Shown here piece by piece: positions 25,688 to 31,853 of a stretch of DNA of 31,853 nt. Under the pieces are notes generated by a model. The model did not search any database. It saw only the letters and a list, made by a program, of their open reading frames with translations, and was not told the DNA's origin. The stretch is from the IMG/VR virus record IMGVR_UViG_3300048861_000247, positions 1 to 31,853 of that record; one strand, given 5' to 3'. Source of the stretch: a virus. Lineage: Duplodnaviria > Caudoviricetes. The stretch's first letter is position 1. Each line of letters begins with the position of its first letter. Made by a program: the position numbers and the translations under genes.

Positions 25688-27589
25688 ATGACGAATTCAT
25701 CCAGTTCCAATACGCTCTTTAGCGGCTACATCAATTCCGTAATCAACATCGATGCGCTACGCACCTACGATATAAGCAATCTAACGACCGGCGCGGGTAT
25801 ACTCGTCACTGGGAATGAATATCTTGGAGATCACAGCGGCGGCGCCTATTTCCTTGATCTAAATTCGACCGCGAACGATGACGGCCTGACTGTAGTTGCG
25901 CCGAATTCCGGCTCTGGCAGATGGCTATTGGGCGTTGGGCGAGGGAATGTAGGACCGGCAGGGCCAGCGGGTGCAAATGGTGCAAACGGTCCGGCAGGGC
26001 CAGCAGGGCCAGCGGGCGGTCTCGCATCCGTTTCGAGCTTCGGCTCTCTTGCAACGCCAAGCGCGGCTCTGGCGACTACACAGAGTGCCCTCAACGCACA
26101 GGGCGAGGGTGGAACAATCGTAGTTGATTCAGAGGCCTTGCTCGGGACGGGCGAGCCGACCAATCCTGCCGTCTCTCTGATTGGCGACAAGAAACTCTAC
26201 ACCACCCCCACCGGCACGGGATCGCTCAATATCTCGGGCGGACGAAAGGTCTTCAACAAAGTCGGTCGCAGTGATGCCTTATACAACTGGGGCACCGAAT
26301 ATCTTGGCCCGGTTTTCCTGAAAAAGCTTGCGGCCGGATCGCCTATCCAGATTGCGCTTATTGGCGACTCCAACACGGCGGGCAATGCCGGACCGTTGAT
26401 TGCATCACTTCTTGGTTCTCTTCCGAATTGTACTGTAACTAATTACGGCGTTAGCGGCACGACTTTCGAGCAGTGGCGTATCGGTGCTGGCGGCGGCGAC
26501 TGGACCGGAAAGTCTATGGCTTCTGTTATGGCAGCGGCGCCCGACCTTCTAATAGATTGCTACGGCGGCACGAACGATCCAGCGTTTGCTGGCTCCCCGG
26601 CGGCATTCGAAAGTTCAAAGCGGACGGCTTATACCGCAGTTCGCGCACAATATAATGTCCAGCAAATGTCGATCGTTATGGTCACCAGCGGTCCGCAGAA
26701 CAATGGAGCGCCAAATACGGGGACTACCTCGCTACGCGATGAACTCTGGAACGCCGAAGTTCGGCCGATCATCAAGCAGCTTGCGCAGGACTATCAGGCA
26801 GCATTCGTTGATAAGAACGCTCGCGTTCCCGATGCCTTCGTAGACTTTCTCGCGCAAGGTTCGCAGGATAGCAATCTCGATACCAACCGAGTGCATACGC
26901 AGCCTTGGCTGTCGGCCGCCATCGCACAATGGGTTTTCGAGGGCATTGTGCCTTCGAACTTCCGAAGCGGCGCGAGCAGCTTCATGTTCGGCGGCGGTTC
27001 TCCCATCGCAGCGGGATTGACCCCCGCCAACTTCCCGCTCGGGTTCTCGATCGCAGCGGTTGCTGGCCTATCGGAATACAACTCAATGTCGTGGGTTGCC
27101 ACTTTCTCGCCGGTAAGCGGCGCTGGCAAGTTCCCCCTCCAAGTTGCGTTCTCCTACGCTGGTGGCCTCGACGGCACGGGTTCCCTTCCACTCATTTGGC
27201 GCACGACATTCACAGGCAATACGACTTGGGGACCGTGGCAGAACTTGGGAGGCGGAAGTCTCGGTGTCACTCCAGCTTCCGGCTTTACGGCTCCCGGCAC
27301 ACAGGCGATGAAGACCAAGCTCAATGGCGGCGAGGCGCGAGGGTCGGGTTATTTCACGATTACGACGCCCGCCGCTCTTACGAAGGGTCAGGCTATCGGG
27401 CAGATAGGGCTGGCAAGCCACAGACCAATCGTTCCGATGTATGGCGTGCGGTTGATCGCGCTGGTTAATCAGACGGGCTATGAGGTTCTATCCGGCAATA
27501 TCACGACGGGGGGCGCAATTACCTGTCAGCAGGCTGGCACCCTTTCAGCTTCGCAGGTGTGGATCGACCACACTTGGCCGGTCATCTAA
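25688..27589 (+). CDS. Tail spike/fibre with collagen-like segment and SGNH esterase domain
   Basis: Head-binding-like N-terminus (GDHSGG..DDGLTVV..GRW), Gly-X-Y run, IGDS, NYGVSG, GGTND and D..RVH blocks; leaderless after GATAAATA 25676-25683. Confidence 0.8.
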   Translation: MTNSSSSNTLFSGYINSVINIDALRTYDISNLTTGAGILVTGNEYLGDHSGGAYFLDLNSTANDDGLTVVAPNSGSGRWLLGVGRGNVGPAGPAGANGANGPAGPAGPAGGLASVSSFGSLATPSAALATTQSALNAQGEGGTIVVDSEALLGTGEPTNPAVSLIGDKKLYTTPTGTGSLNISGGRKVFNKVGRSDALYNWGTEYLGPVFLKKLAAGSPIQIALIGDSNTAGNAGPLIASLLGSLPNCTVTNYGVSGTTFEQWRIGAGGGDWTGKSMASVMAAAPDLLIDCYGGTNDPAFAGSPAAFESSKRTAYTAVRAQYNVQQMSIVMVTSGPQNNGAPNTGTTSLRDELWNAEVRPIIKQLAQDYQAAFVDKNARVPDAFVDFLAQGSQDSNLDTNRVHTQPWLSAAIAQWVFEGIVPSNFRSGASSFMFGGGSPIAAGLTPANFPLGFSIAAVAGLSEYNSMSWVATFSPVSGAGKFPLQVAFSYAGGLDGTGSLPLIWRTTFTGNTTWGPWQNLGGGSLGVTPASGFTAPGTQAMKTKLNGGEARGSGYFTITTPAALTKGQAIGQIGLASHRPIVPMYGVRLIALVNQTGYEVLSGNITTGGAITCQQAGTLSASQVWIDHTWPVI

Positions 27590-27927
27590 TGAGCGATCAA
27601 GCGCCAATTGATATGGCGATGTTGTTGCGACTTATGGACGCGCGTTTCGACGCGCAAAAAGAGGCTCAGAAGGCATCGAACGATCTCGTGGCCTCAAAGC
27701 TTGATGTCCAGAATGCATTGTTGACCCGCATCAACGAAGAGCAACGCGCCGATCGTGGGCGGGTGGATGGTCTCGAAACCCGTGTTGACGATCACGAAAA
27801 GCGTATCCAGACGATCGAGGTGACACGGCTTACGGGCCTATCCCACATGCGTATCGCGGGAGGCGTGCTGGTTGCCATCGGCGGCGCCATCGGTTTCCTG
27901 ATCAAGCTCGCTTTCGGTCACGGATGA
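27589..27927 (+). CDS. Coiled-coil protein with C-terminal TM helix, possible lysis accessory
   Basis: TAATG-coupled to the spike gene; RVDGLETRVDDHEKRIQTIE followed by a hydrophobic tail. Confidence 0.65.
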   Translation: MSDQAPIDMAMLLRLMDARFDAQKEAQKASNDLVASKLDVQNALLTRINEEQRADRGRVDGLETRVDDHEKRIQTIEVTRLTGLSHMRIAGGVLVAIGGAIGFLIKLAFGHG

Positions 27928-28018
27928 TCCACCCCGAAGATCGCAGCGAAGCGGATGAAATCCGTATTACCTAGACCCTCACCCTCTGTCCGCCTAAAAA
28001 GGCAAAACGGGGAAGCAG

Positions 28019-29230
28019 ATGACAGAGAGTGGTGCCGCCAGAATGGAAAGGGAAAATTCGGCTACCCGACTAAGTGACCATTTCCATAAGGTTCGGCTTA
28101 CCTCGCTCATCCTCTCCATGAGCCTGCTTTTCGCGAGCATCCACGGTAATACCCTTAAATTACCGCTACTTGATCTCACCGTGGCGACAGGGGAGGGGCC
28201 TTTCCTGTTGGTGTCGCTGTCAATAGCGAGCGCGGTAGCGTTCGCTCACTTCTTAACGCTCTGGCGTGCAGAAGCGCGTGAAGTAGACTCCCAATCTCAA
28301 GATGCGATGACTTTCCAATCAAGCGTCCAAACGCTAATTGGGGAAGCTCAATCTCTGCAACAGAGAATTGAAGATCGATCTTCAGAACTGTATAAATTCG
28401 CCCGTAATATCGACGAAGGCGGACGCGTTCCCAGACCTGTGCAAACGGTAGAGTGGGATGCCTTTCATCGTAAATTACGAGGGGCGCTTGAAGAGCTGAC
28501 TGACGATCTATCTGAAAAAATCTATAATGTTGGTGTTGTGGCTGCGCAGAATATTACTGCGGCAGGAATTCAAGAAGAGAACGCTCTGCATGATCAAGCA
28601 ATTCAGGATGAAAACCTGTATGCCTTGAGGGAACGGCTATCTCTGGATGATTTTGAGATTGTTCTAAAGGAAATTCGCGCGCGCAGGCTGGAGGAGCAAA
28701 GCAGGGCCAACGGCGTGGTAGGCTTTGTCTTCGACAATCAAAAAAGGGTTTTAGAGAGTTTTCGTAGCGACGCACACGACAAGTTGTTTACGGACGCCGA
28801 ATTTTCCTCGGCGCTAATGGGAGTTATGAGCGAGAACAATTTGATGCTCGATCAGTTTGTAAGAACAAATGAAAAGGCTTCATCCGACTTCTCGGAACTT
28901 TCGACAGAAGTCCAAAAACAAACCGTTAAACTTTCTTCTGCTCTAAGAGCCCTTCGAAGGTCATCGAGACTGACGCAGATTCAAATTCGTGGGTTCGATC
29001 TAGCCATCCCTACGATAGCCTTCGGCATCGCCGAAGCACATTCCATAGGCAGTCTTTTCACGGGTTTCATTCCGTCAGCGCCTGCCATGTTCGGAGCGAT
29101 CCAGCCTTACATCAAGGCGGGTGGGTGGCTGGCAACGACGGTGGTCTGTCTAGTGTTTGGTGGTGCGATAGCGTCCCTTTCCGGAATCCGATCTTGGAGC
29201 GACCTGCGCCGCATCTTCAGACCAGATTAA
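28019..29230 (+). CDS. Membrane protein of unknown function, moron-like
   Basis: Two N-terminal and about two C-terminal hydrophobic segments around a long helical region; visibly AT-richer codons. Confidence 0.7.
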   Translation: MTESGAARMERENSATRLSDHFHKVRLTSLILSMSLLFASIHGNTLKLPLLDLTVATGEGPFLLVSLSIASAVAFAHFLTLWRAEAREVDSQSQDAMTFQSSVQTLIGEAQSLQQRIEDRSSELYKFARNIDEGGRVPRPVQTVEWDAFHRKLRGALEELTDDLSEKIYNVGVVAAQNITAAGIQEENALHDQAIQDENLYALRERLSLDDFEIVLKEIRARRLEEQSRANGVVGFVFDNQKRVLESFRSDAHDKLFTDAEFSSALMGVMSENNLMLDQFVRTNEKASSDFSELSTEVQKQTVKLSSALRALRRSSRLTQIQIRGFDLAIPTIAFGIAEAHSIGSLFTGFIPSAPAMFGAIQPYIKAGGWLATTVVCLVFGGAIASLSGIRSWSDLRRIFRPD

Positions 29231-29325
29231 TTCCGGATGCGCATTGCGGGCCGTGCTTCGCCGATGAAGATTAGCCGATCGCAAACGGATGTCGAATCCC
29301 GTTGGGCGACATTGATAAATATTCG

Positions 29326-29652
29326 GTGCGAAGCAAATTCAACAACAAACGAACTGTTATAGAAGGAAAATCTTTCCACTCCAAAGGCGAGGCGGCTCGC
29401 TATCTTGTGTTGCGTGATCGTTTCGCGGCGGGAGTGATCAGCGATTTGCGACTTCAGGTTTCATATCGACTTACAGTCAATGATGACCTCATCTGCCGAT
29501 ACATCGCCGACTTTGTTTATATCCGTGATGGTCTCGAAATCGTCGAAGATTACAAGGGCGCGATCACGGATGTGTTTCGTTTAAAGCGGAAGCTCATGAG
29601 AGCCTGTCACGGGATCACGATATATGAGGTGACGAAGGCGGACGCGCCATGA
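29326..29652 (+). CDS. DUF1064 family PD-(D/E)xK nuclease-like protein
   Basis: SKFNNKRTVIEG..FHSKGEA..YIADFVY..VEDYKG..LKRKLM; GTG start 4 nt after TAAATA 29316-29321. Confidence 0.85.
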   Translation: MRSKFNNKRTVIEGKSFHSKGEAARYLVLRDRFAAGVISDLRLQVSYRLTVNDDLICRYIADFVYIRDGLEIVEDYKGAITDVFRLKRKLMRACHGITIYEVTKADAP

Positions 29653-29987
29653 GTGACGATATCGAATTCCGCCCCTGCCAAAGATATTCTGGCTACGAAG
29701 CGTCACGAGACGGGATTATCCGCCGTGCCGAGCGTCCCTCCAAATCGAAGACGCCAAAGCCGCCAATACCCGCTTTCATCGTCACGCCATCCGTTAGAAG
29801 CCCTTTGAGAGTGGCCCTGCGCAAGCCGTTCGGTTGGACGCTGCTTGCCGACTTGGTTGAGGATGCGTGGGGAAGGGAAGCAAGCGTGCCGCGCCCGCGT
29901 GCGCGACGCCCCTCCCCAAAACGGCTCATCACACTTGCGGAGTGGTTTGATCAGCTTCGCTCGAAAGAGACATGTCCGGACGATTGA
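29649..29987 (+). CDS. NUMOD4-like protein lacking an HNH catalytic motif
   Basis: IEFRPC..YSGYEASRDG..LADLVEDAW; ATGA-coupled. Confidence 0.5.
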   Translation: MSDDIEFRPCQRYSGYEASRDGIIRRAERPSKSKTPKPPIPAFIVTPSVRSPLRVALRKPFGWTLLADLVEDAWGREASVPRPRARRPSPKRLITLAEWFDQLRSKETCPDD

Positions 29988-30256
29988 GAGCCCTCTGGAC
30001 GAAGGTTCGCGATCGTTGGGCGGCCTTGCAAAGCTCCGATGCCTTCCATCCCACGATGACGAGATTCATGAGATTGCCGAGACCGGTATCGTTCGTGCTG
30101 ATCGTCACGATGTTTTTGCTCGGATGGCATGACCCGACTCACTTTTCCGTTTTCGCGGACGCTATGGCGAAACTTCCAAGCGAGTTCTGGAATGTCGTGA
30201 TGATACTCTTGGGATCAATCGCCGCATCTAAATTGATTAGAGATGCGCGTGAATAA
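29972..30256 (+). CDS. Putative holin, 3TM/GTA-holin-like
   Basis: LPRP..hydrophobic..WHDP..F..AMAKLPSEFW..ILLG pattern. Confidence 0.65.
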   Translation: MSGRLRALWTKVRDRWAALQSSDAFHPTMTRFMRLPRPVSFVLIVTMFLLGWHDPTHFSVFADAMAKLPSEFWNVVMILLGSIAASKLIRDARE

Positions 30257-30289
30257 TGCGGTTGTAATTGCAGCGTTTTATAATGATGA

Positions 30290-30822
30290 ATGGCGAAACA
30301 ACTTCCTGATGTCGATAGACTGAATTTACTCTTTGATTACGATTCCGTAACTGGCACGCCTACTTTCAAGCCCCGCGAAGGACGAACAAGGTCCGATTTA
30401 GTTTTTAATGGATTGGTTTTCCGGGGAAGTCTGCTGGTTACAAGACGCGGAGCGGATATCTGATAGTAACCGTTGATAGAGGGGAATATCTTGCCCATCG
30501 AGTCATCTGGAAAATGCAGTGTGGCAAGGAACCGCCAGCAGTTATCGACCACATTGATGGAGATGGCTTGAACAACCGCATCACGAATCTCCGCGCAGCT
30601 TCATTCGCCGAAAATGCACGAAACGCTATGCGGCGGAAGCCTAACGCTGCGGGTCGAAAAGGGGTCAAGCCACTCCCGAGTGGTCGCTTTGAAGCGCGAA
30701 TCATGAAAGATGGGAAGCGTTATTATCTCGGGGTCCACGATACGGCGGATATCGCTCATGCTGTCTATTGCGAGGCAGCGAGGCAGCATCACGGCAGCTT
30801 CGCCAATTCTGGAATGTCGTGA
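30290..30822 (+). pseudogene. Frameshifted HNH-AP2 homing endonuclease
   Basis: Frame 1 from ATG 30290 (LFDYDSVTG) stops at 30463. The -1 frame is open from 30409 and carries GYLIV..YLAHRVIW..IDHIDGDGLNNRITNLR plus an AP2-like domain. Confidence 0.8.
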
Positions 30823-30878
30823 TGATCCTGCTTTCCAGCATCGCGGCGTCAAAGCTCGTGCGGGATGTGCGGGGATGA
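30807..30878 (+). repeat. Second, recoded copy of the holin 3' end
   Basis: 20-bp direct repeat with 30185-30204; reads FWNVVMILLSSIAASKLVRDVRG versus FWNVVMILLGSIAASKLIRDARE. Confidence 0.88.
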
Positions 30879-31019
30879 TAGCTGCTGTGGTATTCGTGAT
30901 GTCGGAAGCTCGCTGACAGCATAATGCCCGAGCGCTATGCTGCGCCTCCAAGGCTTGCGATTTCAAATTCTGGCAACGCGAGGGGGCGCCAGTCGGCGGT
31001 GCCGACGCCCCCAGCGCTT

Positions 31020-31592
31020 TTATGGGTTGAAACGCCAAAATGTCTCTTTTCGATAGGCCCAACTGTAGCTCCGAAGGGAAACTTCGATCTCGCTATTTTG
31101 AGCGGACTTAGCGGCCACGAACGACGCCGCGTGCCCACAACCGCCGCGAAGTGATCCTTGAAAGGCGGGCCGGTCACGGACGAATGCTAACCACGCGGCT
31201 TGGACAGTGGCCTGCGCATGGGGTTTGTTTATGTCATAAGGGAATTCGTCGGAGGCGTATACCGGCATGTCGCTTCCCTCTCGCCGGTTGTTCTCCGCCC
31301 AACAGTATTCAAAGCCATGAGGAGACGAGGGGTTTTTGTCAGAATCTTTGTCAGTGACCTTTGCTCCCCCAAAGCCAGACGCCGTGCACTTTTCTTTTAG
31401 TTTTTTGATTCGAGACGCGCATAAATCAGGATTACCCGTATCAAGCTCGCATTGTGCATAGGACGCTCTGAAGGACGCAGAATCAGCCTGACAATTTTCT
31501 TCGGAAACAGTGTCGAGGTCCGCGCGCGCCGATGTTGGCGTAATAGCCACCATCGCGCCACAGATGGTTATGAAGACTAAAGAATGTCGCAT
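31020..31592 (-). CDS. Secreted Cys-containing hypothetical protein
   Basis: GGAG SD, signal peptide ending ARA-D, several Cys. Confidence 0.65.
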   Translation of the reverse strand: MRHSLVFITICGAMVAITPTSARADLDTVSEENCQADSASFRASYAQCELDTGNPDLCASRIKKLKEKCTASGFGGAKVTDKDSDKNPSSPHGFEYCWAENNRREGSDMPVYASDEFPYDINKPHAQATVQAAWLAFVRDRPAFQGSLRGGCGHAASFVAAKSAQNSEIEVSLRSYSWAYRKETFWRFNP

Positions 31593-31721
31593 TTTGGCTC
31601 CCCCCTGCCGATTTATCGAAAAGCTATAGAAACTTTATAGACGAGTCTATGCCTGTCCGTATTGACTGCGCTCTTGATCCTTTGGGTCTTTCGTTGGATC
31701 GTCAGCGGATGCTGGCGCTGA

Positions 31722-31853
31722 TTACGGCTTCACGGGCGGCTTCATACCGCGCGCGATCATGCGCCGCTTGATATCCCAATTGAGGCAACGGCACCAAAAG
31801 AGATAGGCTAACACGGGCACGACCATCCACGGGCTTTGCCCGATAATAGCCAT
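31722..31853 (-). CDS. Small membrane peptide or 3' end of a gene starting outside the window
   Basis: Open frame MAIIGQSPWMVVPVLAYLFWCRCLNWDIKRRMIARGMKPPVKP runs to the window edge. Confidence 0.35.
   Translation of the reverse strand: MAIIGQSPWMVVPVLAYLFWCRCLNWDIKRRMIARGMKPPVKP

Larger units (their letters stand above)
701..30878. mobile_element. Podovirus-like prophage or satellite-like element; ends not determined
   Basis: Complete packaging, head, tail and lysis gene set; no att sites identified. Confidence 0.8.

Noticed and set aside
28390-28398. TATAAATT and other near-motifs (GATAAATC at 16222 and near 31610)
   Set aside because: They lack the final A and are not 4-5 nt before a start codon, so they were not counted
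27928-29301. Direct repeats flanking the membrane-protein moron
   Set aside because: Only patchy similarity (GATCGCA..CGGATG), too weak to call a target duplication
1-31853. tRNA, rRNA, attL/attR sites, or a reverse transcriptase/DGR
   Set aside because: None recognised by eye; element boundaries cannot be set from this window

Overview
This window holds a GC-rich podovirus-like prophage or phage-like element. An alphaproteobacterial host is inferred from the gene families present. The right part (13344-30878, + strand) is an intact P22-like virion module: portal, scaffold, N4-gp56/DUF4043-type capsid, gp4- and gp10-like tail proteins, two GNAT-like proteins, three ejection proteins, a collagen/SGNH tail spike, DUF1064 and a holin. 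The terminase genes (701-2729) and the GH19 endolysin (6863-7468) lie far away on the opposite strand. Between them are small unknown genes, a 2OG-Fe(II) oxygenase, an HNH nuclease, a candidate origin, an ArdC/serine-recombinase block and a candidate packaging site. I recognise no DNA polymerase, primase, tyrosine integrase, repressor or sigma factor in the window. The main unexplained signal is a TAAATA/TATAAATA motif that resembles the T4 gp55 late promoter. I found it 13 times by eye, always at gene boundaries. Seven copies lie exactly 4-5 nt before a start codon with no Shine-Dalgarno site, which implies leaderless mRNA. Other copies head two candidate small RNAs with the same architecture, a two-promoter terminator/antiterminator switch and a structured scaffold leader. 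An HNH-AP2 cassette has also inserted into the holin gene and duplicated and recoded its 3' end. All product calls come from motif recognition by eye, not from database searches.
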